Positions 1 to 11,974 of a stretch of 64,000 nucleotides of DNA are shown here, in pieces. The notes below the pieces were generated by a model. It was not told where the DNA came from and ran no database searches. It worked only from the letters and a program-made list of their open reading frames with translations. Within the stretch, counting starts at the first letter, position 1; every line of letters begins with the position of its first letter. This stretch comes from Macrostomum lignano (taxonomy: Eukaryota), in assembly GCA_002269645.1 (NCBI GenBank), contig NIVC01001946.1, positions 62,001 through 126,000 on the forward strand, given 5' to 3'. The translations under genes were made by a program, and so were the position numbers.

Positions 1-470
1 CTACGAACGTATGAACGCACACGACACGGCTTAATATAAACTTTAGTCTAACCCAGTGTCAAGGACGCCTTAGGTTAGTATCAGGACAGCTGGAAACAAA
101 AGCTCCACAGGACTGGACGGTTTTGCTACAATACTTTAGGGTCTCGGTGAAATTTCTGAAATTTCACCTCCTGCGCCAGATGTGGACGGTACTGTCATGC
201 CGCAGCGCTGTACTCACTTGTTGTCGTTAAACGGGGTGCCTATAACAGTGCGGGGTGCTCGCTCACAAAGTACTTACTTATTGTACTCTGCACCCCCGGC
301 TTACTTCACCCCTGTTTTGCCTTTTATGCCAACGTGGCCGCATATGATTGGCTGAGACCTGAAGGCCCAAATATGTATCTAGGCGCTCTCGCCCTATTTG
401 GAGGGCCAAGCGTTTTCGCACTGCCAAAATCGATACTGACTTCTGAGTCATTAAAGGTACGACAGTGGTG

Positions 471-1061
471 CCAGCACCAAGGGGCGCCAGCACCAAGGGA
501 CGCCAGCACCAAGGGGCTTTAGCACCAAGGGGCTTTAGCACCAAGGGGCTTTAGCACCAAGGGGCGCCAGCACCAAGGGGCTTTAGCACCAAGGGGCTTT
601 AGCACCAAGGGGCTTTAGCACCAAGGGGCTTTAGCACCAAGGGGCTTTAGCACCAAGGGGCTTTAGCACCAAGGGGCTTTAGCACCAAGGGGCGCCAGCA
701 CCAAGGGGCGCCAGCACCAAGGGGCGCCAGCACCAAGGGGCGCCAGCACCAAGGGGCGCCAGCACCAAGGGGCGCCAGCACCAAGGGGCGCCAGCACCAA
801 GGGGCGCCAGCACCAAGGGGCGCCAGCACCAAGGGGCTTTAGCACCAAGGGGCGCCAGCACCAAGGGGCTTTAGCACCAAGGGGCGCCAGCACCAAGGGG
901 CGCCAGCACCAAGGGGCGCCAGCACCAAGGGGCGCCAGCACCAAGGGGCGCCAGCACCAAGGGGCGCCAGCACCAAGGGGCGCCAGCACCAAGGGGCGCC
1001 AGCACCAAGGGGCGCCAGCACCAAGGGGCGCCAGCACCAAGGGGCGCCACGCCAGCACCAA
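471..1061. repeat. 16-bp minisatellite (CCAGCACCAAGGGGCG / TTAGCACCAAGGGGCT), ~37 copies
   Basis: Exact 16-bp periodicity with two alternating unit variants. It explains the repetitive PLVLAPLGAGAPWCWR ORFs on the minus strand. Confidence 0.97.
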
Positions 1062-1993
1062 GAGAGTTGGAGGCCGCGGCCCTCCCCATGGCCCCTATAT
1101 ATGGCCCAGAAATTTCCCGATTGATGTATTAATCGACTGTAAAACACAATTACCATGGATATTTATTATATTTTCATTTCCAGTTTCTGCTAATTCTTTT
1201 TCTTGAAGTTACGAGCGTATTATAGAGAATGAGTTGTTGATCGAAACTTTCCAAGCAAATTTTGCTTCTAGAAATAATAAATTTATCGAAATTGAAGGAA
1301 AAAACTGAGTGGATTCTGCTAAATTCCAAATTCTCTCTCCATATGTCCAGCCTGCACTGGCTTTTATTGTCCGAAAACTGGGGGGGGGGGGTATTTTATA
1401 TTTTATTCACGCGACGATCTGCACTGGTATTCCAGGGATCAGAGGCGTGCAACTCTGCATGACGATTGGTCGTTTGAATATGCAGCCAGCCAGAGGCATC
1501 AATTTAGGATTTCCACGCCTATGCATCCAAACTCCAATACCAGCTAGATAGGACATGCGAGAGTGTACGTTGTAGTAGTACTCAGTACAAATAAGCTCAA
1601 ACAACCGACGCTTTTTTAAGCTTCCATTTGTCCATGAGCTCGCAGCTATAAGGTAATCATTTTGACTAAAGAGATATAACTACATATCTGAGTGATCTCA
1701 GTTCTAGAATCAGAAATTACCAAAGTACCTCAACTAGTGGTCTTTCAGGTACCAAAGCCGATATCAGAACAATGGGACAACAATTAAGCTGCGAGAGCTA
1801 CTGCGTATCGACAATGCAGCGTTTACGGGCGAGCTTAATACCACAGAAAGTCAGGTGAGAAATATGAGTTGTTTAGCATAATTTTTTTAGTTATTCGGCT
1901 CAAATCTGCCTTGCGTCACGACCCAGAGAGTGTATATGCCTGATGATTAGAAAGCTAGAAAGCCTGCGTACGAGTGCCTGACTGCGTACAGTA

Positions 1994-3088
1994 TTGGTGC
2001 GCTTGTACGAGCGTATGTGCTCGAGACTGAATTACCTCGGCGCTGGTTGTGAGACGATGTCGCCACAGTTTACTCAACTCGATTTGCAGGTAAGCGAATG
2101 CCGAGTCCTCGATAGTAGCTGGCCTAGCAACGGCACGGGCAGCAGCAGTATGAAGCTGCAGTTTTCGTGGCGCGAGTGGCAGCGCGTCAGCGGCTACTTG
2201 GAGCGAATACTTTCAACCATGGAGCAGCGACGCCTGCTCGACCACTTGCTACTTGACGTCACCGGCCTGCGAACTATCGACCTTGGCGCCGTCTGGGAAG
2301 GTGTTGTCGGAGTCGCCGACTCAGAATTTCAAAGCGTTGGCGATGACGAAGTCTTTCAGCCGTTCGTGCCGATGTCGGCCCTACCGGAGACTACAAGCAG
2401 CTTGAACTTGAACGCCAGCGCCGACTGGACCATTCATCCGGACTGGACAGACGGCAGCTGCAACAACCCGCTGCTGTACCGGGATTTCACCAAGATTCAC
2501 ATGCAACTTGGCCCAGTTTTCTCCGCATTCAACCTGGACCTGCCAACCCTGTTGAGCCAGCCGCGGCAGCCGGGTGAATTCGAAGAACAGCCAACCGAAT
2601 CGGTTGCCAGCCCGACAGCAGATTGTCCAAGCAGGGTGTCAGTGTACGGCTACAGAGCTAATCGTCGGGTTAGCAACGCTAGAGCCTTAGATTTGCCCAG
2701 CTACGCTCAGGCGTTCTCGGATCGGGTGGCCGACTTGGTGCGATCCCGGTGCGCCAGGCTGGGCCTGAGCTACCTGGTCTCGGGCGCGCAGTACCACGCC
2801 TCGCACAATTGCCTGGTAGTCAGCGGCACGGCGGACGTTCGTTCGCTGCTACGACAGAGCGGCGGCATTGAGCTGCGCTCGTGGGTGAACCCGGAGGCCG
2901 AGAGTCAGGAGCTTGCCGACCAGCTTCAACGATCCATAGGGCGAAGTTTCGACGGCCTGATGGAGCCCAGGGAGCAGCAGTCCGGCTCGAAGTATTTTCC
3001 CATGGTGATGTACTACTGCGACAGTCGCAAATTGGTGACGATCATCTACGGGCTTGAGCCAAAACGCGACGGGCCACCAAATGAGTGA
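1994..3088 (+). CDS. Uncharacterised protein, 364-aa open frame (probable large exon; true start unresolved)
   Basis: 1.1-kb stop-free, GC-rich, non-repetitive frame between AT-richer flanks, with globular-looking composition. I recognise no family. Possible upstream exon at ~1749-1854. Confidence 0.6.
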   Translation: MVRLYERMCSRLNYLGAGCETMSPQFTQLDLQVSECRVLDSSWPSNGTGSSSMKLQFSWREWQRVSGYLERILSTMEQRRLLDHLLLDVTGLRTIDLGAVWEGVVGVADSEFQSVGDDEVFQPFVPMSALPETTSSLNLNASADWTIHPDWTDGSCNNPLLYRDFTKIHMQLGPVFSAFNLDLPTLLSQPRQPGEFEEQPTESVASPTADCPSRVSVYGYRANRRVSNARALDLPSYAQAFSDRVADLVRSRCARLGLSYLVSGAQYHASHNCLVVSGTADVRSLLRQSGGIELRSWVNPEAESQELADQLQRSIGRSFDGLMEPREQQSGSKYFPMVMYYCDSRKLVTIIYGLEPKRDGPPNE

Positions 3089-3679
3089 ATGAGCTCTTTG
3101 AATGTTTATAGACATCTGCTTAATTTTGTTTTTTACTGCACACTGTACTGCAATACACTGTACTGCATGACCAACGAACGGGTAAAGTTGGAGCTCTCAC
3201 TTCGAAACAATTATTCGATACTGAATCAACATTTTAATGGCAAAATTACCATCTAAATAGACAACTGCAGAAGTCAATCAAGGCAATGGTCGAACTCAGT
3301 GTACCATGACTGGCTGAGACTGGTAATTACTGGGCCAGCCACGCAGTCTAGACTGGCTTTAGCTACTTTAGCTAGTGCAATTGGCAACGATATATCTATG
3401 CTGTGCTTCAATAGCTAGGCATTAATATGCATGAGACGCGGCATGCCCTGTGCTGCGCCTGTCGCAAGTGTATAACTCTGCGTCTATATAAATTCACCGA
3501 CATTGGAGCACTGCTTGTCAACAATAAATATATAAGAGCGCGCCTCAAACTCATCAGGGTAATGAGCCGCTGAGCCGGAAATATGTCTGGAATATAATTG
3601 ATCATTCTGTACCATTTCGGAGACTGTGCTCAATTTCACGTTGGTGACAATTCAGAAACAGTAGAGGTACCAATGCAAT

Positions 3680-4800
3680 AGAAACGCTAGAAAACAACCT
3701 AGAAACGCTATTGACAACAATTCAGAAACACAAGAGACAAAAATCCAGAAACACTATTGACAACAATCCAGAAACACTAGGGACAACAATCCAGAAACAC
3801 TAGAGATAATAATCCTAAAACACTAGAGACAACAATCCAGAAACACTAGAGACAAGAATGCATAAGAAACACTAGACACACATCTAGAAACACAAGGGAC
3901 AACAATCCAGAAACACTATTGATAACAATCCAGAAACACTATTGATAACAATCCAGAAACACTAAAGACAACAATCCTGAAGCACTACACTAAAACAACA
4001 ATCCAGAAACACTAGAGACAACAATCCAGAAACACTAGAGACAACAATCCAGAAACACGAAGTGACAACAATCCAGAAACACTATTGACAAAAATCCAGA
4101 AACACTAGGGACAACAATCCAGAAACACTATTGACAACAATCCAGAAACACTAGGGACAACAATCCAGAAACACTAGGGACAACAATCCAGAAACACTAG
4201 GGACAACAATCCAGAAACACTATTGACAACAATCCAGAAACACTAGGGACAACAATCCAGAAACACTATTGACAACAATCCAGAAACACTAGGGACAACA
4301 ATCCAGAAACACTAGGGACAACAATCCAGAAACACTATTGACAAAAATCCAGAAACACTAGGGACAACAATCCAGAAACACTAGGGACAACAATCCAGAA
4401 ACACTAGGGACAACAATCCAGAAACACTAGGGACAACAATCCAGAAACACTAGGGACAACAATCCAGAAACACTAGTGACAACAATCTAGAAACACTAGG
4501 GACAACAATCCAGAAACACTAGGGACAACAATCCAGAAACACTAGGGACAACAATCCAGAAACACTAGTGACAACAATCTAGAAACACTAGGGACAACAA
4601 TCCAGAAACACTAGGGACAACAATCCAGAAACACTAGGGACAACAATCCAGAAACACTAGGGACAACAATCCAGAAACACTAGGGACAACAATCCAGAAA
4701 CACTAGTGACAACAATCTAGAAACACTAGGGACAACAATCCAGAAACACTAGGGACAACAATCCAGAAACACTATTGACAACAACGCATGGGAAACACTA
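3680..4800. repeat. 23-bp minisatellite (AGGGACAACAATCCAGAAACACT)
   Basis: 23-bp periodicity, degenerate at both edges. Confidence 0.96.
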
Positions 4801-6043
4801 AAACATAAATCAAGAAACACTAGAGACAACAACCCGGAGGCAGTAGACACAACAACCCCGCAACACTAGAGGTGCCAATATAGAAACACTACATAGAAGT
4901 GCAGCTCCAGAGGTGTTCAATATTTCTTCAGCCTAGCTATTGTTAATATTTCATGTGAACAAGCATTGGAGCCATACAATCCAGCATCTGGTTGGCGATG
5001 TAAATTATTCATTAGAAAGGCATTAAGTTCCGGCGTGCACTTTTTTTCGGTATTTTCTCTTTTAAAAGCAACTATCTGTGCAGAAATCTATGCGTATAGA
5101 CGGAACGGAAGATACTTATCGATATATCTAGGCTAATATCTGAGATCTGGGGCACTAGCCGAATGTAGCCATACGTCCAGCGTGTGAAATCCTTTTATCG
5201 TTTTTTTAAAAAGCATGAATTTTGCAGTAGCCATCATGAGCAAACGAGAGTGATCTCAGCAGCGAGCCCAGCGCCAAATGGTGGAGTTCCGCTCATGTTG
5301 GCCCAGACCCGATCGAGCATTCGAAGCCCTCGCTTATATTGATGTTGAAAAAACCACTTATCTCATTTCCCATGGGGCTCTTCCCTCCCCATATGGGGTC
5401 TCACCAGATGAGCTGGGTCTATTTGATAGCCGCTGCAGTTTGAGCTGACACAGGATTATCCTCGCTCGCCTCTCAAGCTAAGCTTCACCACACCCAGTAA
5501 CCAACCCAATGCGGAGCAGGAGATGATGCTAAAAAATTAAACGAGAAACTCGCTCGCCATATTTGATAGGGTTTCAGCTTAATCTGTATCGTTTGCGATG
5601 CTGACTCGGTTGAGTGGTGGGATAGAATTATACTTAAAGATCGTAATGATTCTTACAGTTCGAATTCAAAGCAAACTTCATGGTCTAAAGCTAGCTCGTA
5701 ATTTATCCTATACTACTTTCATGCATAAGTACTACACGTATGCCGGCAATGAAGGCCAGTTAAACAATATATTTATTGCTTTCTTAGTTTTTTACGCTCG
5801 TAGCTGATGCCTTTCATGCTACTTTTAGTACTACTTTTTGTGTAGAGCTAGTGAATTCAGAGCTTTTTTTAGAACATGCTGTTTCGCCGTCTCAATTGAA
5901 TGACAGCTTCTTGGGGACTACAGAGCCATTCCATTGGTTGAGTGACGCTATTATATAAATCACGTTGTTTCTCTGGCAAGCGACGAGAGTGAAGTTGTTA
6001 AGTCTAAAAGCTTGCTTAGTTTAAATGGGCTTAAACACAAAAA

Positions 6044-7649
6044 ATGTACCAGAATTGTCTGATTCTATTCAGCGGCACTCTGCTCATGTTTTATCGGTGT
6101 CAGCTGGTTCGCTCCGTCTGCACTCGATCCTACATCGAGGAGCCAGAAAAGCCGTGCAAATTTCCATCGGTGGTCGATTCCAAAAGCGACTTCGAGTCCG
6201 CTATTCGTCAGTGCAGAGGCTCAAGTCCTGATAGGTACTGGTGCCCCACCACGCCAAATTATTGTCGCGACGGACGATTCGCTTGGTGTCCGGACACGGC
6301 TGACACCTTCGGCGGCAACGATCCCGGCCGGGTATGTCAGTTCCCCTTCCGGTACAAAGGGGTCGAGTACCACCACTGCACCACTATAGAGACACCGGAA
6401 TAGTGGAGCAATCGTTATTTGACAAACTGTTTGGACAGAAACAATACAAGCCGTCGGGTGAGTGGATCTTCGATGCACGAGTGAAGCATGATTGCGGTAA
6501 TGGACTTGAAATGTACTTTTGCATGTCTCGAAGAATGAACCGCCAGACTAGCTTATCCATCTGTTTCATTTGCATTCGAGGCATCAAATCTCCCAGGGAT
6601 TCGATTCTGTCCATGATACAGAATAGTGCATCCTGCTGTTATCCTACTTAATTGAGTACTTAAAAGCCGGTTTATGTGACTAGAAAGATGCACTAGACGA
6701 GACGAGATTTCCACACATTCTTTCTACTCGTAGATAATCAAGTTCTGCCCCAAGTTCCTTTGACTCAATCTAAATTTATGCAAACCAGCTTGCACTGTCA
6801 GATAGTTCACTAGCTATCCTCGTTGCTAAACCTACCAACGCAGAGGCTTATTACTGGTGCTCTACAACACACGGAAACTACACTGGTCGATGGACAAAAT
6901 GCCGAACCGACCGGCCGCACCAGCTGCCATGTCACTTCTCGGACGAGGTGTCCGAATGCCAGTGGCAACCGTCCAGCAATGGCTGGTCCTGTCCAACCGT
7001 CGGTGGTCTGACGCGAGCCTGCCCAGAGACGGACACCACTGAGGCGGGAAACGATCCCGGAAGGTCGTGCAGTTTTCCGTTCAAGTATCGGAGGATTAGC
7101 CGCTATAACTGCCTGCGCTACTCGCCCACTAGCGATGCCAGCTATCAATATCAACAGCACAGTCCTGATGACTACATGTGGTGCAGCACAACGCCGGATT
7201 ATGATCGTGACAAACTGTGGACCAGATGCAAACCGCCACCAGAGCCGGTGCATCTTCGAGGACTTTTGCTACTATTGGCAGTGCTAACATCAGTCCTCAC
7301 GGGAGCCTGTGGTTTAGCTTGCCTGATGTACTGCCTGTGTGATCGAACGCGCCTGCTCTGCAATTGGCTTCGGAGGCGTCTTTGCCTGAGGCGGAGCACC
7401 GTTGAGATGGCCACGTTGGACTGCAAACGGAACGAGATGCAACTGACGCCTACTGCTCCGCCGCCGTCTTCTTCACCGCTAGAGTCATCGACATCGCAGC
7501 CGCCAAGCTACGATGAAGTGATGCAACTGAGCTTACACCAGCAGTCAGAAATAATTATGCAACAGACGTGCATGGGAGATGAACTGCTGGGGAAACATGA
7601 CTATGTATGTACTTTCTATGCATACATGCACATTGTAACTTATTCATAG
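6044..7649 (+). CDS. Type I membrane protein with fibronectin type II repeats; model join(6044..6457,6844..7649) with a 1-nt frameshift near 6382
   Basis: N-terminal hydrophobic signal-like stretch (MYQNCLILFSGTLLMFY). FN2 signatures: PCKFP..YWCPTTPNYCRDGRFAWC, GGNDPGRVCQFPFRYKGVEYHHC..YYWCSTT..RWTKC, AGNDPGRSCSFPFKY..YMWCSTTPDYDRDKLWTRC. Then a TM segment (GLLLLLAVLTSVLTGACGLACLMYCLC) and PPSY. Donor G|GTGAGT at 6457/6458 and acceptor CGCAG|AG at 6843/6844 are phase-compatible (phase 1). A further donor (GTATGT, 7605) may shorten exon 2. Confidence 0.75.
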
Positions 7650-7689
7650 TGTAAATTATGTTTACTGGCCACTCTGCCTTTACTGATCA

Positions 7690-8330
7690 ACTCTGGGTGT
7701 TGATAATCAACAACTTTGTCACTCTATGTACGCATCACAACTCTGTGGGTGTTGATAATCAACAACTTTGTCACTCTATGTACGCATCACAACTCTGTGG
7801 GTGTTGATAATCAACAACTTTGTCACTCTATGTACGCATCACAACTCTGTGGGTGTTGATAATCAACAACTTTGTCACTCTATGTACGCATCACAACTCT
7901 GTGGGTGTTGATAATCAACAACTTTGTCACTCTATGTACGCATCACAACTCTGTGGGTGTTGATAATCAACAACTTTGTCACTCTATGTACGCATCACAA
8001 CTCTGTGGGTGTTGATAATCAACAACTTTGTCACTCTATGTACGCATCACAACTCTGTGGGTGTTGATAATCAACAACTTTGTCACTCTATGTACGCATC
8101 ACAACTCTGTGGGTGTTGATAATCAACTCTGTCACTCTATGTACATTCCAAAACTCTGTGGGTGTTGATAATCAACTCTGTCACTCTATGTACATTCCAA
8201 AACTCTGTGGGTGTTGATAATCAACTTAATTTGTCACTTAATGTACGCATCACAACTCTGGGTGTTGATAATCAACTCTGTCACTCTATGTATGCATCAC
8301 AACTCTGTGGGTGTTGACAGTAAACTTGTT
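7690..8330. repeat. 52-bp tandem repeat, ~12 copies
   Basis: Unit AACTCTGTGGGTGTTGATAATCAACAACTTTGTCACTCTATGTACGCATCAC; internal inverted repeat GTTGAT-A-ATCAAC. Confidence 0.96.
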
Positions 8331-9014
8331 CACTCTGCGTTCATTGATCAAGTCTGTGGGTCTGTTATTCAACTTGGTCATTCTCTGTGCACTCAAGATA
8401 ACGACAAGCAGAATGGAAAGTTAAAATCGATGAAAACTGCAGTAAAACAGGGTAATAATTAAGGCTTTAGGTGAGTAAGGTGAGTGAGATCGGATACTGC
8501 TCAAATTCTGGAGCTGAAATCCCTATGCACTCTGTTTGTCAATGTTGAGTATACATGTATGGCTCTGCATCCTAAACCTTTCGCGAAGCCTAATCTTCTG
8601 GCTGTGCCGTAGGCTTAGAGTAGCTGCTGAGCAACTTGAAGAAACATCAATAGCTAGCCACTAAAAGGTGCCTGAGCACTTAATGCTAACTCACGCAGCT
8701 AAAAATGTTTCTATAGCGAAAGGTGATTGCTTCCTTTTTAGATTGGCCTCAGCTGTTTTCTGTTGAGTTAAAAATCATAGTAGGGCAACCGGATAGAAAG
8801 TCTTGCGCGCGCTTCAATTTTGGTTCAACGAGGCGAAAACAAGAGCGAAAAGATAATTGCACGACTGAGTGAGCAGCTGCTCACAGCCTGGGGCTTTTTT
8901 AGGCGCATACGAGTGCTCTTAGCTGCCTTATATTTTCTTCAGTGGCTCGCGTATCTGCTGATACTTGTTCAATAAGCGATCGTTAAACTTACGAAGGGGA
9001 CTGTCTGAAGTTCT

Positions 9015-9830
9015 AATGACGCAAAGTTGAGTTCTAGTGACGCTATGTTGAGCTCTAGTGACGCAAAGTTGAGCTCTAGTGACGCTTAGTTGATTTCTAG
9101 TGACGCAAAGTTGAGTTCTATTGACGCAAAGTTGAGCTCTACTGACGCAAAGTTGAGCTCTAGTGACGCTTAGTTGATTTCTAGTGACGCAAAGTTGAGC
9201 TCTAGTGACGCAAAGTTGAGCTCTAGTGACGCTATGCTGATTTCTAGTGACGCAAAGTTGAGCTCTAGTGACGCAAAGTTGAGTTCTATTGACGCAAAGT
9301 TGAGCTCTACTGACGCAAAGTTGAGCTCTAGTGACGCTTAGTTGATTTCTAGTGACGCAAAGTTGAGCTCTAGTGACGCTTAGTTGATTTCTAGTGACGC
9401 AAAGTTGAGTTCTATTGACGCAAAGTTGAGCTCTACTGACGCAAAGTTGAGCTCTAGTGACGCTTAGTTGATTTCTAGTGACGCAAAGTTGAGCTCTAGT
9501 GACGCTATGCTGATTTCTAGTGACGCAAAGTTGAGCTCTAGTGACGCTTAGTTGATTTCTAGTGACGCAAAGTTGAGTTCTATTGACGCAAAGTTGAGCT
9601 CTACTGACGCAAAGTTGAGCTCTACTGACGCAAAGTTGAGCTCTAGTGACGCAAAGTTGATTTCTAGTGACGCAAAGTTGAGCTCTAGTGACGCAAAGTT
9701 GAGCTCTAGTGACGCAAAGTTGATTTCTAGTGACGCAAAGTTGAGCTCTAGTGACGCTAAGTTGAGTTCTAGTGACGCTAGGTTGATGTTTATTGACGCA
9801 AAGTTGATTTCTAATGATGCTAGGTTTTGA
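9015..9830. repeat. 21-bp minisatellite (TAGTGACGCAAAGTTGAGCTC)
   Basis: 21-bp periodicity; source of the 7-aa-repeat ORF 8928..9878. Confidence 0.96.
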
Positions 9831-11132
9831 TTTAATGGCGTTAACTGTAGTTGCTTTTTGGAGAAGAATTTCGACCACTGTCGATAATCAGAGGAACAGA
9901 GGACGCAAGTAATTGCATGTAGCTAACTGCATTACGATACACACGTACAAGTACACCCACTGACATGCACACAACCCTGACTTTATCGTTAGGCAGTGTA
10001 CAGTACCTACACATTCTGGGATATTTTCAGTAGTGGCGTCGCACAACAGGACAAGCGATTCTTATTTTCATTTAGGTAATGGTGATTCATACGTGCAGTA
10101 TACTGTGAACATGTAACAACGTTATTCTTCTCGTCTTTCTCATAAGGAAATGTTTCTCTCATCTCCTCTTTCTCAAAGAGTAACTATGGAGCCGGGCATA
10201 CACCAGAACTAGATAATTGAAGTGTCTCTCCTAGTGAAATCTCATTTATTCCTTTCATTAGGAGCTGGCAGAGGCAGACGCTTTATACACGATCGAGCTT
10301 TGAAGCTGAGTTTCTGTGCGTGCTGCTGAGTTGCTGTGAGTTCGAATCAAACCGCTGGATGCTGGCAGTTTGCCGGGGGGGGGGCAGGGAGTCAAGAAAC
10401 AAGAACTTGCGCGGAGTTCTTATCCACAGGACGAGCAGATAGGAGTGGAGTGGAAAAAGACGGGGATTTTCTAAGCCGATCAGAAGCTTTGGATCAGTTT
10501 GATTGGGGAATGGATTTGAAAAAATACTGCCCAGAAAAAGTACATGTTGTAGCAGGGATATGAGCGCGCGTATGAGATGGGCTTTATACACAATGGCAAA
10601 AATGAAAACAAAAATAAATGATAACATTGAAATTAGGCGAATAATACAATACGATTACGTACATTTCTTGAAAGTTCAACACGTACTGCCTTCTAAACAA
10701 GGAGCACAATATGTGACACAATTATCAAAATCAGAAAAACACGATCGTACGTCTGATGATCACGACGCCACTAAGCACCAAAACTCGTACCGAAATTAAA
10801 GCGCTTGCAATTGCAAATGCGAAAATTGCTCCATTATTGCCCGTTCTTACTATCAAATTCACATTCTTTTCTGTGTTAATTGCGGCTTACAATTTTTGCG
10901 ACGTAATTTCTAAGCAATTGAATGGTAACACAATCGCAATTTGAATGCAAGTTTTAATGTTAAACATGGCGCGTTTAATTATTTATAATTGCAAACCGCA
11001 TAAAGACGTCGCTTTTACGAGCTATTTTAAGCCTCGGATGTCGATCAATTAATTTTAATTGCAATTTGCTCATTGAAACATCAAACAACTCAAACATACG
11101 CTCGTATAGCCAGTCGCGATCGTACCACAAAA

Positions 11133-11550
11133 ATAGGTGACCGGACATTTCGTCAACCGGCATTTCGTCAACCAGACATTACGGAAACTCAGCAAATTGT
11201 AGCTGATTATTATATCTGCACCAGCCAGAGAATGTGAGAAGTGGTAATGCGATTTCAAATTTGTTTAAAACTTCTTGGAAGTAAATTTTCGTAGAAACGT
11301 TCGGTCCTCAATGGTGTCGCAATACTCGCACCATGGTACATGAACACCATGCACATGGTTTCAATATTTTCTATGATAACATTTAAAAACTTAAACTTAA
11401 ATATGTTAACGTTAACGGCTAACATGACGGACGAACTAATTTTGGCTTGAACCGAATTTCCGGTTGCCGTAGCTAATGTCTGGTTGACAAAATACCAGTT
11501 GACGAAATGCCGGTTGACGAAATTCCGGTTGACGAAATGTACTGGAACCG
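11133..11550. mobile_element. MITE-like foldback element with subterminal CATTTCGTCAACCGG repeats
   Basis: Left end GGACATTTCGTCAACCGGCATTTCGTCAACCAGACATT (~11143-11180) is mirrored in reverse complement at ~11476-11540. No convincing TSD identified. Confidence 0.65.
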
Positions 11551-11974
11551 AAAAATAATTCATGAAATTGAACCGCGGATCAGTGCTACAGTAAAACAAC
11601 TACAACTGTCAATGGTCAAAGAAGTAGTAGAAGCATCGCATTTCCAATTTTCTAGATTTTCATGTTTACGATAAGAAAGCTATAGTATTCTAAATTAAGT
11701 TAGGCAAAACTAGCTCATAAAATGGAATATTTGGAAATATTATGGTGTGCAAAGACCTTTTGCTTTCGGCTTTAGTCGGAATTTTTTGTATCAATTTACT
11801 AAAATGGTTTTTTATATTCTGTTGATTAAATACTGAAATATATTACGATTTTGATACAGTTGGTATAAACTAAGGCGATTAAATCTCGTTATAAAATAGG
11901 CTCTGAACGGAAAACTGGTCGTGTCGCATCCCGCTATACATCCGGTCGAAATACAAAAGTTGATCAATTTATAT

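Noticed and set aside
146-168. Perfect 10-bp hairpin GGTGAAATTT-CTG-AAATTTCACC
   Set aside because: Isolated, with no associated element ends or gene context that I could support.
4980-5050. Possible Pol III RNA ending in a T7 run
   Set aside because: No A/B boxes, cloverleaf or match to snRNA/SL sequences that I know.
8928-9878. 316-aa ORF with 7-aa repeats
   Set aside because: Translation of a 21-bp minisatellite with no unique coding flanks or splice support.
10262-10563. Possible exon after TTTCATTAG
   Set aside because: Every frame is short or stopped, with no recognisable homology or partner exon.
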